Shown: positions 22,622-32,794, counted from the whole stretch's first letter. The stretch is 63,769 nt of DNA, filler included, from an uncultured bacterium (GCA_964543115.1; 4 parts of 4 records of this genome joined end to end with filler, not necessarily neighbours in it), one strand, 5' to 3'. Notes: generated by a model not told the origin, from the sequence alone. Translations and numbers: made by a program.

Positions 22622-22677
22622 AATGACTAATGTCCAAATCGTTAATGAAGATCTTTGGCTATTGGACATTAGTCATT
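22622..22677. repeat. 16-bp perfect inverted repeat inside a heptamer-rich intergenic region
   Basis: AATGACTAATGTCCAA (22622-37) / TTGGACATTAGTCATT (22662-77). Confidence 0.85.
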
Positions 22678-22783
22678 GGGATTTCGGGCTTTCCTCGGAA
22701 ATTAGGGCGATTAGGTTAATTAGAAATTATTAGTTTTTTACCTGCCTTTTTAAGGGATCCACAATATCTTAATGGAGGAATTT

Positions 22784-24552
22784 GTGCAGAAATTATTTTA
22801 TATTCTAACATTGATATTACTATTTTCTTTACCTTGTCTAGCAGCAGAAGAAGAACCGCCAACCACACAGGAGTTACAGGCGGGGCGATTTGGCCCGGTT
22901 ACCCAGGTTGATACTGATACTCCAGCTGAAACTAAGATGCCCGAAATAGAGATCAAGGGTGATTGGATTTATGTCGACGGGGAGCGTTTCCTGGTAAAAG
23001 GTGTTGGTTATAGCGGCTGGCGGCCGCATGAACTTCCCTGGCAGGTCAGGCCGGACGGTTCGCTGATGGAGAATGATTTTAAACTGATCAGTGAAGCTGG
23101 ATTTAATGCCCTGCGTACCTGGACCCCGTTAAATAATAGTGAATTGGCCCTGGCCCGCAAGTATGGTTTAATGGTTCTCCAGGGTATTTTTGTCGATCCG
23201 ACCAGAGATTATGCCTCTCCGATCTATCAGAATTATGTGGTTTCCACTGTCAAGAATCAAGTGCGTTACTATCTTAAAGTACCCAATATTCTTATGTTTT
23301 TAGTAGCTAATGAACCGCCGGTAGAAAGGGTGTGTACTTCCGGAGTAAAAAATACGGAAAAGGTATTGCAGATGATGGTAGAAACAATTCATAAGTTGGA
23401 TCCTAAGAAGATTGTTTCTTTTGCTAATTGGGTACCGCTGACGTTTATCAATCATGCCTTTTTACCGGTGGTGGCCTTTAATGCCTATATGTATGAACCG
23501 CATATTATTAGCCATGCCTTAACGTATAAAGGTTATATTGAGTGGTTAAAACAGCACCTGGCGCCGGATAAACCGTTATTAATTGTGGAATTCGGGCTTT
23601 CTGTTTCGGCTTATGGCACGGGAAAGATGGGGCGCGGCGGCAACACAGAAGAAGAACAGCGTGAGGGTGTGTTGATGATGTGGGATGATATTATCAATGC
23701 CGGGGCTGCCGGGGGGTGTGTATTTGAGTGGAATGACGAATGGTGGAAGAATTATGATTATTCCGGTGATCAATATTCTCATGATACTTCTGACCCGGAG
23801 GAGTGGTATGGTATCCTGGAAATTAAGGATGATGCCTCTGATACTAAGGGCAGGCCGCGGTTGGTTTATAAGGCCCTGAAGAGTTGGAATCAAGCGATTA
23901 TTNNNNNNNNNNNNNNNNNNNNNNNNNNNNNNNAGAGATATATGCTACAGAAAAGGTGAAAAAAATGTTTTACCGGATAAACGGCGGGGCCTGGAGTGCC
24001 CTGGCCCAGCAGAGTGCCCACTGGTGGTCGGTAAACTGGGATAGTACAGCGGCAAAGAACGGTAAACAGGTGTTAGAGATTAAGGCCCAGGATGAGGCGG
24101 AGAATGTCCTTTGTAATAAACAGCGCGTTTTCTGGATCAATAACCAGCCGGGGTTTAAAGCGCCATCTTTAAAGGTGACCCTAGAGACCGATAAGAAAAG
24201 GTATATTATCAGTGACAAAATGAAGAAACTTCTACTGACCGTTAAGGTAACCGATGATCAGGGCAATCCGGTGGTAGATAAGCCTGTTGATTATGCCTTT
24301 TATGAATGCCGTTTCTGGCAGAGTTTGCACGGGACAAAAAATACCGATGAAAATGGTGCTATCTTGGTAGAGTATTATATTAATGAAACGGGCATTATTA
24401 ATATTGCTGCCGGTGCGACCTTAAAAATTGGTGATTACGAGCGCCGGTTTGGAGATTTGATTGCCGTAGAAGTGGAGAAGGTAGAGAAGCCGAAGGAGCC
24501 CGCAGTTACGAAGAAGCCTGAAAAGGCAGAAAAGACAGAGAAGGCAGAATGA
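22784..24552 (+). CDS. Secreted clan GH-A (GH2-TIM-barrel-like) glycoside hydrolase with C-terminal Ig-like domains; one gene across the 31-N gap
   Basis: FLVKGVGY, GFNALRTW, LVANEP (acid/base), IVEFG (nucleophile), FEWNDEWWK, EEWYG; GGAGG before GTG 22784; continues in 23934-24552. Confidence 0.8.
23903..23933. other. Internal scaffold gap (31 N)
   Basis: Run of N within a CDS. Confidence 0.95.
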
Positions 24553-26465
24553 AAGTAAGTAGATATTTTTTTATTATAGGTCTTATCAGTTTAATATCCA
24601 CTCAATATATTTCCGCCGCTGAAAAGTTTACCCTGCATGATCCCGGAACCGAAAAAGCGCCGAATTATGAAAAACACGGTGAATTCCGTAATGTCGGGAC
24701 CCGCGAGTATTATTATCAGATGAAAGATGAAGAAGCGCTGGCCCGGGAGGTTGGAGAAGGAATTTTTCCCAATGGGATCAGTATTTATAAAGATCCCGGT
24801 TACCAGGAATACAAAAAAGCCGGCAAACTTGACGGTAATCATTGGGACTATGTAAATATAGATGATGCTCGGGCCAGTTTCTATAAATGGGCCCTGGCCG
24901 AAGAAGAGCCGGGAGTGGCGCAGTATTACGCGGCTGCCGCGCTGGAAAAGGCCGGCTTGTTGCAGCAGGCGTTTAAGGCCTATTATGCCTGCCTGGTACA
25001 TTACCCTAATAGTACGGGCTGGACATATTTTCAGACGCCCTGGTATGTAGGCAAGGTGGCCCTGGATAAAATTCTTTATCTTACCCGGAATCATCCCGAG
25101 CTGGGAATGAAACTGGTAGGCGCGAATGTTTTTGTTAAGGGCAGTTTTGATAATGTGCCCAATAATGATATAGTTATTACCAATCCTGGAAAGTTGATCA
25201 GTTGTCCTCCGGCAGAAGTAGCTCCCCAAAAAGTATCGGTAAAGGGGATGAAGGTGGTTGAGCGGCGGGGAAAAGCGCCGACGGAACTTGTTAAGTACGA
25301 GAACGGGCACTGGCAGTTTCTTGTTGATGGTAAACAATTTCCGCTTAAGGCCATTTCCTATTTTCCTGTTACTATTGGTCAGAGTCCGGATGCCGGCAAT
25401 CTGGAAGATTGGATGAATCAGGACCGAAACGGCAATGGTAAACCCGATGCCCCGTATGATGCCTGGGTGGATAAAAATTTTAATAATAAGCAGGATGCCG
25501 ATGAACCGGCTGTAGGTGACTTTGCTCTATTCAAGGATATTGGCGCTAATACCCTGCGTCTTTATCACCAATCCACAAATAAAGAGCTTCTCCGCGATCT
25601 TTATAAGACCTATGGGGTGCGGGTGATGATGGGAGATTTTCTGGGAATGTACACCACGGGTAGCGGCGCGAGTTGGGAAGAAGGTACGGACTACCGTAAC
25701 GAAGAGCAGAAAAAAAACATGAAGGAAAGTGTTAAGAAAATGATTATGGAGTACAAGGATGAACCTTATATTATTATGTGGGTTTTAGGTAATGAGAATA
25801 ATTATGGCGGTACTTTCGGGCACGTTGGCGGTGCCGGTAATGCCGGAAAATATCCCGATGCCTATTACTCTTTTTGTAATGAAATAGCTAATTGGATCCG
25901 CACAATTGATCCTGTGCATCCGATTGCGATCTGTAATGGGGACACGTTATATTTAGATATTGTTGCCCGTTACGCGCCGGATATTGATGTTTTTGGCCTC
26001 AACAGTTATCGCGGGGCCTATGGCTTTGAACACAGTATCTGGTACGATATTAAAGAGGCCTACGATAAACCAGTGGTGATTATGGAATATGGGTGTCCTT
26101 TATATATTGAGGGAAAATCCCGTGAGTATCAGGAAGAGAAGCAATCTGAGTATAATGTGGGTAACTGGGAAGGTATTATGTTTAATTCCTGCGGTTACGG
26201 AGTGGGCAACGCCCTGGGCGGAGTTATTTTCGAGTGGGTGGACGGCTGGTGGAAATCTGGTCAGCCCCCGCGTTACAGTCCCTGGATGCATGAAACAAAA
26301 GGTAACTGGATCGGTCCGTTCCCGGGGAACTGGAGCTATGAAGAATGGTTTGGTCTTACCGGCCAGGGTGATGGCACGCACAGTCCGTTGATGCGTCAGT
26401 TAAGGAAGTGTTATTACGATTACAAAGACCTGTGGAATACCGCGGAGCAAAATAAAAATGAATAA
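24549..26465 (+). CDS. Secreted clan GH-A glycoside hydrolase with N-terminal helical region
   Basis: GANTLRLY, WVLGNENNY, IMEYG, FEWVDGWWK, EEWFG; signal peptide. Confidence 0.82.
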   Translation: MKVSRYFFIIGLISLISTQYISAAEKFTLHDPGTEKAPNYEKHGEFRNVGTREYYYQMKDEEALAREVGEGIFPNGISIYKDPGYQEYKKAGKLDGNHWDYVNIDDARASFYKWALAEEEPGVAQYYAAAALEKAGLLQQAFKAYYACLVHYPNSTGWTYFQTPWYVGKVALDKILYLTRNHPELGMKLVGANVFVKGSFDNVPNNDIVITNPGKLISCPPAEVAPQKVSVKGMKVVERRGKAPTELVKYENGHWQFLVDGKQFPLKAISYFPVTIGQSPDAGNLEDWMNQDRNGNGKPDAPYDAWVDKNFNNKQDADEPAVGDFALFKDIGANTLRLYHQSTNKELLRDLYKTYGVRVMMGDFLGMYTTGSGASWEEGTDYRNEEQKKNMKESVKKMIMEYKDEPYIIMWVLGNENNYGGTFGHVGGAGNAGKYPDAYYSFCNEIANWIRTIDPVHPIAICNGDTLYLDIVARYAPDIDVFGLNSYRGAYGFEHSIWYDIKEAYDKPVVIMEYGCPLYIEGKSREYQEEKQSEYNVGNWEGIMFNSCGYGVGNALGGVIFEWVDGWWKSGQPPRYSPWMHETKGNWIGPFPGNWSYEEWFGLTGQGDGTHSPLMRQLRKCYYDYKDLWNTAEQNKNE

Positions 26466-27465
26466 AATATTTTTAATATTATTCTCAACTCTCTACGTGT
26501 TAAGTGTGCTATTTTCTGCTTCTCTTTTCGCTGCCGACTCTTTTTATGCTGCCGGACGCGGCACCAAAGAAAAAGGAACCGTCTGGCAATACAAGGGAGA
26601 GAAATGGTCAGTACATTCTGTTATTCCGGATTGTTCAGAAATATTTGTTTTGCTTAAGGACAAAGATAACAATCTTTGGGCGGGCGGCAGTTATTTTGGT
26701 TATGGTAAGGTCTGGCAGTATAATGATAAGGGCTGGGATCAGGGAACGGCCCTGGCGGAATCGCGCGGGGTTTATACGCTGGTGGTGGACAAACAGGGTG
26801 ATCTTTGGGCCGGCGGCACCGGCAACAAAAAACTCTGGCGCAAGAGCGGAAAAGAATGGGATCAGGGGATCAGATTGTCCGGCTGTACGACGGTGTACAG
26901 CCTGGTTAAGGACAAACAGGACAATCTTTGGGCCGGCGGTGAGGGAAAAGATCAGATTTGGAAATATGATAATAAGGATTGGAGTAAAGGCGTACGCCTG
27001 AACGGCTGTAGTGAAGTTTTTTGTCTGATTGCCGGTTCTCAGGGAATTATCTGGGCCGGCGGTCATGGCGGTAAGGTTCTCTGGTGGTATCAAAAAGAGA
27101 AATGGTTTCCCGGGATTATATTGCTGGATAGTACGGAGGTGTCGGCGTTTGCCGAAACCGCTGAAAATAAATTGTATGCGGCCGGTGCCGGCAGAAACAA
27201 AGTTTGGCTGGAGAAAGATATTGCCGATTGGACCGGAACGGATTTGGATAAATGCATAGCTGTTTATGCTGTTACTGCCGGGAAGAAGAAGGTTGCTGCC
27301 GGCGGTTGGAGCGAAAAGCGCCTGGGCAAGATCTGGCTGATGGAGGAAGGGAAATGGGATCAGGGGACGGAAATTGCCGATTGTTATGTTATCCGGACGA
27401 TAATCCCGGATTTTGCGCGAGCCCTAAAGGACGGCAAAAGACCCGCACAATCCGCCCGAGAGTAA
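26458..27465 (+). CDS. Secreted beta-propeller protein (~41-aa NLWAGG repeats)
   Basis: Repeats DKxxNLWAGG.G..K.W....W..G..L..C; period ~123 bp also visible in DNA. Confidence 0.75.
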   Translation: MNKIFLILFSTLYVLSVLFSASLFAADSFYAAGRGTKEKGTVWQYKGEKWSVHSVIPDCSEIFVLLKDKDNNLWAGGSYFGYGKVWQYNDKGWDQGTALAESRGVYTLVVDKQGDLWAGGTGNKKLWRKSGKEWDQGIRLSGCTTVYSLVKDKQDNLWAGGEGKDQIWKYDNKDWSKGVRLNGCSEVFCLIAGSQGIIWAGGHGGKVLWWYQKEKWFPGIILLDSTEVSAFAETAENKLYAAGAGRNKVWLEKDIADWTGTDLDKCIAVYAVTAGKKKVAAGGWSEKRLGKIWLMEEGKWDQGTEIADCYVIRTIIPDFARALKDGKRPAQSARE

Positions 27466-27466
27466 A

Positions 27467-28201
27467 ATGGCTAAGCTTTCCTTATTAATTATTCTGCTTG
27501 TATTGTTTACAGGAGAGGTTTTCTCTGAACAAGAAGCGGTTTCCCGCAAGTTGTCCGCTAACCGGATTTTGATTACCGATTTTGAGGATCATCCTAATTA
27601 TCTTGGCGGTGATGTTCGCGCTTATGGGGCAGCGGGAAGCAGGGAGAGAAGTTTGGGGGATAGGGCCTATTCCGGCTATTCGGCGGAAGAGGTGCATAGC
27701 GGCAGCCGTTCCTACCGGCTGGCCCTGCAGAAACACCTCCGTCCGGAAGAAAGAGAAAAAAATGTTTATGATAAGTTTAAATCAGGCTTCCCGCGGATGG
27801 AGCCGATAGAGGAACTGCAGAACGTAAGTGACCGGAATTGGGCGGTATTGAGTATAGAATTGGGTGAGGTAATTGATGATAAAAAAATTCCGGTTGGAGT
27901 AAAGCCGCTGGATGTTAGTGATTACCGTTATCTTGTTTTTTGGGTTAAGGGCCAGCGGGGCGGAGAGAAATTTCTGGTTGGTTTTCGGGACGCCGAGGCC
28001 CATACTTATGATCCGCAGGTTAAGGTTAAACCCAAGCTGGCGGTACGTACTGAGTGGCGGCAGGTAAAAATCAATCTTGTCCGCTTGAGCAAAAAAGTAG
28101 ATTTATCAAAACTAGTTGCGATTACCATAAATTTCGGCCGTCCGGAAGGTGCCCGGGGCGGCGATGTGTTCTACGTCGATGATTTTATGTTAGTAAAATG
28201 A
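27467..28201 (+). CDS. Secreted carbohydrate-binding (CIA30/CBM11-like) domain protein
   Basis: ITDFED start; LDVSDYRYLVFWVKGQRGGE..EWRQVKINL..LSKLVAITINF..FYVDDF galactose-binding-like pattern. Confidence 0.7.
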   Translation: MAKLSLLIILLVLFTGEVFSEQEAVSRKLSANRILITDFEDHPNYLGGDVRAYGAAGSRERSLGDRAYSGYSAEEVHSGSRSYRLALQKHLRPEEREKNVYDKFKSGFPRMEPIEELQNVSDRNWAVLSIELGEVIDDKKIPVGVKPLDVSDYRYLVFWVKGQRGGEKFLVGFRDAEAHTYDPQVKVKPKLAVRTEWRQVKINLVRLSKKVDLSKLVAITINFGRPEGARGGDVFYVDDFMLVK

Positions 28202-30435
28202 AAAGAAAAGAACAAAAAGCAGCGGACCGCAGGAAATATTTACGTTTAAATACGGTTTTCCCCGTAGAGTTTCAGCTTTTTTCAGGGAAACCGGCCAAGG
28301 CCGTTTCTCCGCTCAATCAGGGTTTTACCAGGGATGTCAGTGCCGGGGGGATTTGTCTGGAAATGCGCGAGCTGGAGAAAGGTTTTGTCGCTAAAATGAA
28401 GAAAGCGGGGACACACCTGGTTATCTATATTAATGTCCCTTTTCACCGTACCCCGCTCAAGGCCAAAGTGGAACCTCGCTGGGTCAATAAGGTGAGCAAT
28501 AGTTTTCCTCACCGTTATCTTATTGGTTTGGAGTATATCCAGATATCCGATCACCTCCGCCAGCAGATTGTGGCTTATGCCCGTAGTGTGCGGAGGCGGC
28601 CAAAACTTATTGCCGCCAGCATCATTGCGTTGATACTGGCCTGCGGATTATTTCTGGGCCAGCTCTGGCAGACGAAGAAGGGTAAAAAGCATGTAGAAAA
28701 TGAATTGGGAAGGGTAGTTGCGCAATTGACGGAATCTCATGGGCAGCAGGCTAACCTGGAAAACAGACTGCGGGCGTTGAATATGCGGTATCAACAGTCA
28801 AAAAATAAACTAGTGTATAGTGATCAAACAATAAGTTCTCTTCAGGATAGGCTGGCAAAGATGATTGCCCTGGATGATCAGCTAACCGATGAGTTGATTA
28901 CCAAGAGGATTGAATTAGAACAACAGCTGCAGCGTACCCGGGTGGAACGAAAACTTTTTACCACCCAACTGGATGATTTAAAGGCCAATCGTGACGAGCT
29001 TCAGCAGGAAATGACCAAGTTAAAAGGCCTGACGGATGCCCGGGTGGTGAGAGTAAAGCTTACTAATGGTAATTCTCTTACCGGTGAACTGATCGATCTG
29101 ACCACCGCGACTGTTAATCTCAAGGTGGGTATGGGGTCTTTGGCCATTGACCGGGATATGGTAGCGAAGATTGAAAGCCTGTCTAACGGTGAAAAGATTA
29201 ATTTGCAGAGACAATGGCAGTGGCAGGAACAGCAGGCCCGGCAGGCGGAGTTAAAGCGGCAGAAATTTATTGCCGACCAGCAGGCCAAAGGGCTGGTTTA
29301 TTACAATAATAAATGGTTGGAAAAAGAAGAGGCGGAAAAGTTAGAAAAAATTCAACGGGAGAAAGAAGAACAGGTACAGCAATTAATAACTGCTCAAAGG
29401 CAGAATGGAGAGAGCAGGCAGGAACGGGCTATGTTATTAGAGGCCTTATTAGGGGAGCAGCAAAGGCCGTTTGTGACCCTGGAAGATGGGCGTATTTATG
29501 TTAATGGCGAATTGTATTTCATTAAAGGGGTGGCTTACGGGATAGAATATCCCGGTACAGCCGGCGGGGCGGAGACTTTAGCGAATGTGCCCTTAAGTCT
29601 TTTTGAAAATGATTTCCGGATGATGAAGAGGGCCGGTATTAATACTATTCGTACCTATCAGCCGCTGAGTGATGAATTGCTTGATCTGGCTGAAAAATAC
29701 GATATTATGGTGATCGAAAATCTCTGTGCCCTTAGTGATAACACCGATTTTAATTCCCGCGTGCATCTGAATATTTTTAAGGAACAGATTAAACGTTATG
29801 TGCTTAAGCATAAAAACCGTAAATCCATCCTTTTATGGAGTGTCTGGAACGATGCTCCCTGGGCCTGGGGCAGTGAAGGGAATGTTGTTAAGAGGTATGG
29901 TAAGGAAAAGGTGAATAAATTTCTTCAGGAACTATGCGATACGGTAAAGCGCTATGACAATACCCGTCCGGTAACCGCGGCCAATGCCCTGGATATTGAA
30001 GGAGAGGATCTTGGCTGGAATTTCCTCGATGTAATTGGTTTAAATGTTTATATTGGCGGTTACGACTGGTTTACTCCCGGTGAAGCCCGGAGACAGATTG
30101 CCCGGATAGATAGTATTAAAGAAAAATATCACAAGCCGGTAATAATTATGGAGACGGGTTTTAGTACTTATATTCGCGACCTGAATCAGGCAACGGTATT
30201 GGCAGAACAGATAAAGGCCATTGGTGAACACACAAGCGGGGTCACCGTTTTTCAGTGGGCAGACGGCTGGCAGAAGGCCGGCGATAAGGATATCCAGGAT
30301 GCCCACATAGAGGAACATTGGGGCATAGTTGACGGCTACCGCAAGCCCAAATCCGGTTACCCCACGGTCAGTAAACTCTTCAACCAAATCAAAACCAAAT
30401 CCCACGGCTACCGCGATAGCGATAGCGAAAGTTGA
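28198..30435 (+). CDS. PilZ - TM - coiled coil - clan GH-A domain fusion protein
   Basis: RRKYLRL (RxxxR) and DVSAGG (DxSxxG); TM IAASIIALILACGLFLG; coiled coil; YFIKGVAYG, GINTIRTY, WNDAPW, IMETG, FQWADGWQK, EEHWG. Confidence 0.85.
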   Translation: MKRKEQKAADRRKYLRLNTVFPVEFQLFSGKPAKAVSPLNQGFTRDVSAGGICLEMRELEKGFVAKMKKAGTHLVIYINVPFHRTPLKAKVEPRWVNKVSNSFPHRYLIGLEYIQISDHLRQQIVAYARSVRRRPKLIAASIIALILACGLFLGQLWQTKKGKKHVENELGRVVAQLTESHGQQANLENRLRALNMRYQQSKNKLVYSDQTISSLQDRLAKMIALDDQLTDELITKRIELEQQLQRTRVERKLFTTQLDDLKANRDELQQEMTKLKGLTDARVVRVKLTNGNSLTGELIDLTTATVNLKVGMGSLAIDRDMVAKIESLSNGEKINLQRQWQWQEQQARQAELKRQKFIADQQAKGLVYYNNKWLEKEEAEKLEKIQREKEEQVQQLITAQRQNGESRQERAMLLEALLGEQQRPFVTLEDGRIYVNGELYFIKGVAYGIEYPGTAGGAETLANVPLSLFENDFRMMKRAGINTIRTYQPLSDELLDLAEKYDIMVIENLCALSDNTDFNSRVHLNIFKEQIKRYVLKHKNRKSILLWSVWNDAPWAWGSEGNVVKRYGKEKVNKFLQELCDTVKRYDNTRPVTAANALDIEGEDLGWNFLDVIGLNVYIGGYDWFTPGEARRQIARIDSIKEKYHKPVIIMETGFSTYIRDLNQATVLAEQIKAIGEHTSGVTVFQWADGWQKAGDKDIQDAHIEEHWGIVDGYRKPKSGYPTVSKLFNQIKTKSHGYRDSDSES

Positions 30436-30459
30436 TTTGAAAAAAACAGCGTTTATATA

Positions 30460-30548
30460 ATTCATGAAGGAGGTTGGACCTCCTTCATGAATCAATGTGC
30501 AATTTTAATACACCCTTTCATGAAGGAGGTCCAACCTCCTTCATGAAA
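30460..30548. repeat. Pair of identical perfect palindromes in opposite orientation (REP/BIME-like)
   Basis: ATTCATGAAGGAGGT-TGG-ACCTCCTTCATGAAT (30460-92) and TTTCATGAAGGAGGT-CCA-ACCTCCTTCATGAAA (30516-48). Confidence 0.9.
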
Positions 30549-30566
30549 AATAACTAGGAGAGGAAG

Positions 30567-32600
30567 ATGAGTGAGTTTACTTTTGGGGTGACGTTTTATC
30601 CGGATCAGTGGCCGCGGGAGATTTGGGACGAGAATTACAGGAAGATTGCGGAAACGGGGTTTAATACCGTGCGTTTTGGCGAGATGGCCTGGGATTGGGT
30701 TGAACGCCAGGATAATGAGTTTGATTGGGAAGAGCTGGATACGGCAATGGATCTGGCCAATAAAAACGGAATTAAGGTTGTTCTGGGCCTGGCTTCTTCG
30801 CAGGCGCCTACCTGGTTGTTGCGCAAATATCCGGAGGTAAGGCCGATATCCAATATGGGTACCCTTTATCCGGAATATGGCCCGCGGCCCAATATCTGCC
30901 GTGATTCAGAAACTTATAAAACACTGGTCCAGCGGTACATTTTGGCCATGGTTAATCGTTACAAGGATCATCCGGCGCTTCGGGCCTGGCAGGTGGATAA
31001 TGAGCCCACCTATCCGCCGTTGGATTCAACTACGCATGAGGATTTCTGCCATTGTGAACATACCCAGAAAAAATTTCTGGCCTGGGTACAAAATAGATAT
31101 AAAACATTGGAAGAGGTGAATCGTATCTGGGGCGCTCGTTTCTGGACCAATACATTCGGCAGCTGGGAGGATATTACCAGCCCGAAATGCGGGGTTTGGG
31201 ATGCCGGTAACCCGCATATCTTTATGGACTGGTACAGGTTCAAGACGGATATGGTACATGAATGGCTCTTATGGGAGAAGACGCTGGTTGAACGGTTAGA
31301 CGGTAAGCATAAAGTCGGCACTAACGGTTTCTTGGAAATTTGTCCGCGGATGCTGGATCATGATGTGCTTTCAGACGGGCTGGATTGGTATGGCTGGGAT
31401 GTTTATCCCAAGGGGAGAAAATCCACTCCGGCGGAACTTGCCCATACAGCTGATTGGTGGCGCAGTTTTGGCCTGGGCAAGAAACTGGAGTTTCATGTAA
31501 CGGAACTGCAGGGTGGGCCGAACGTGCGCTGGGGATATCCGGGTTATGTTACCGGTAATGAGGTTAAGTTATGGACCCACCAGATGCTGGCCCATGGAGC
31601 AAAAACGATTCTCTACCATAACTGGTTAACTCCGATCTTTGGCGGGGAAGCAGGCGGATTTGGGATTATGCACCCGGATGGTACACCCACTGAAAGACGG
31701 GCAGCGATCCAGGAGGTTGCCGGTGAGATTAAGGAAAATGCCCAGAAGCTGGAAGGCTACCAGGTAAAATCCGAATACGCGATCATGTATTTACGGGACG
31801 GTGATGTGATGACCTTCCAGGAACAGGGCCCGCCGCGGATTATTTCCGGGCAATGGGAGGCCCTGCGGGAGGATATCGGCCTGCGGCACAGCATGAAGGC
31901 GATTTCCGGGGCGAATGAGATTTTATGGAATGATTATAATCCGGTGGATTTCCTTTTTCAGCGGCATTTAGACAGCGGGTTTGATCTCAGTCAGTATAAG
32001 GTAATTCTAATTCCCAATCCTTATCTTTTTACCGAGGAGCGCTGGCAGCCGTTACAGAAGTATGTAGAGAACGGCGGGATTGTTATTACCGAATCGCGTT
32101 TTGGGGCGAAGAGCGATATGGGTTGGCTACAGCAGGTACCTTTAATGCAGAAATGTCTGGGTTTGAAACGTTCCCATCATGAGGTGATCGATGACGGGCA
32201 GGAACCGCAGATCCCCGGGGTTAAAGCACGGGCGTTTGGCTATAAGGATGTGATTTCTACTGACGGGAAGATTATCGAGAAATTTGCTGATGGTAATCCG
32301 GCGGTAATTGAATTGCAGATTGGTAAAGGTAAAGTAATTTATGCCTGTTTCAGCCTTTTCCTGAGCTGTCTGAAGGAGGGTAATCAGGAACTGATTAATC
32401 TAATCAGAAAACAGTTGCCCAAGGCGGAAGTAAAGCTGGATGCCGGTGTAGAGGCGGTGGCCTGGGAGAAGGGTGAGGATAAACAATACTACATAATCAA
32501 TTATACCGATAAATCCGCTGCCGCTACAGTCGCCGGGAAAAAACTCACCCTCAAGCCGCAGGAAACAAAGTTGTTTTCCTTAGCGGGAGTAAAAGCGTAA
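30567..32600 (+). CDS. GH42 beta-galactosidase
   Basis: FGVTFYPDQW, GFNTVRFGEMAW, WQVDNEP, DFCHC, VTELQGG, HGAKTILY; trimerisation-domain-like C-terminus. Confidence 0.9.
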   Translation: MSEFTFGVTFYPDQWPREIWDENYRKIAETGFNTVRFGEMAWDWVERQDNEFDWEELDTAMDLANKNGIKVVLGLASSQAPTWLLRKYPEVRPISNMGTLYPEYGPRPNICRDSETYKTLVQRYILAMVNRYKDHPALRAWQVDNEPTYPPLDSTTHEDFCHCEHTQKKFLAWVQNRYKTLEEVNRIWGARFWTNTFGSWEDITSPKCGVWDAGNPHIFMDWYRFKTDMVHEWLLWEKTLVERLDGKHKVGTNGFLEICPRMLDHDVLSDGLDWYGWDVYPKGRKSTPAELAHTADWWRSFGLGKKLEFHVTELQGGPNVRWGYPGYVTGNEVKLWTHQMLAHGAKTILYHNWLTPIFGGEAGGFGIMHPDGTPTERRAAIQEVAGEIKENAQKLEGYQVKSEYAIMYLRDGDVMTFQEQGPPRIISGQWEALREDIGLRHSMKAISGANEILWNDYNPVDFLFQRHLDSGFDLSQYKVILIPNPYLFTEERWQPLQKYVENGGIVITESRFGAKSDMGWLQQVPLMQKCLGLKRSHHEVIDDGQEPQIPGVKARAFGYKDVISTDGKIIEKFADGNPAVIELQIGKGKVIYACFSLFLSCLKEGNQELINLIRKQLPKAEVKLDAGVEAVAWEKGEDKQYYIINYTDKSAAATVAGKKLTLKPQETKLFSLAGVKA

Positions 32601-32632
32601 TAGTAGAACAAAAGAAAGAGTTGTAACAGCCG

Positions 32633-32676
32633 AAAACCTTACACATATGCCCTGGCATAAGTGTAAGGTTTTTTTT
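32633..32676. terminator. Bidirectional intrinsic terminator
   Basis: AAAACCTTACAC.TATGCC-CT-GGCATA.GTGTAAGGTTTTTTTT between convergent genes. Confidence 0.75.
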
Positions 32677-32684
32677 GCGTTGTT

Positions 32685-32780
32685 TTATTTCTGGCGGAGG
32701 ATTTTGCTGAAGCAGAAGATTCCCAGGCCGATAATAAAACCCCAAACAGCTATCATAAATATCCAACCGGATACTGTCAT
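32685..32780 (-). CDS. 31-aa single-TM small protein MTVSGWIFMIAVWGFIIGLGIFCFSKILRQK (not in ORF track)
   Basis: Clean ATG..TAA, hydrophobic helix with basic tail; resembles small partner peptides of NSS sodium-dependent transporters. Confidence 0.65.
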   Translation of the reverse strand: MTVSGWIFMIAVWGFIIGLGIFCFSKILRQK

Positions 32781-32794
32781 ATTTATAGTCTCTC

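Noticed and set aside
7857..23933. Frameshifted pseudogenes at 7857 and 23903
   Set aside because: Both frame changes coincide with N gaps of estimated length, and the protein repeats or domains continue across them.
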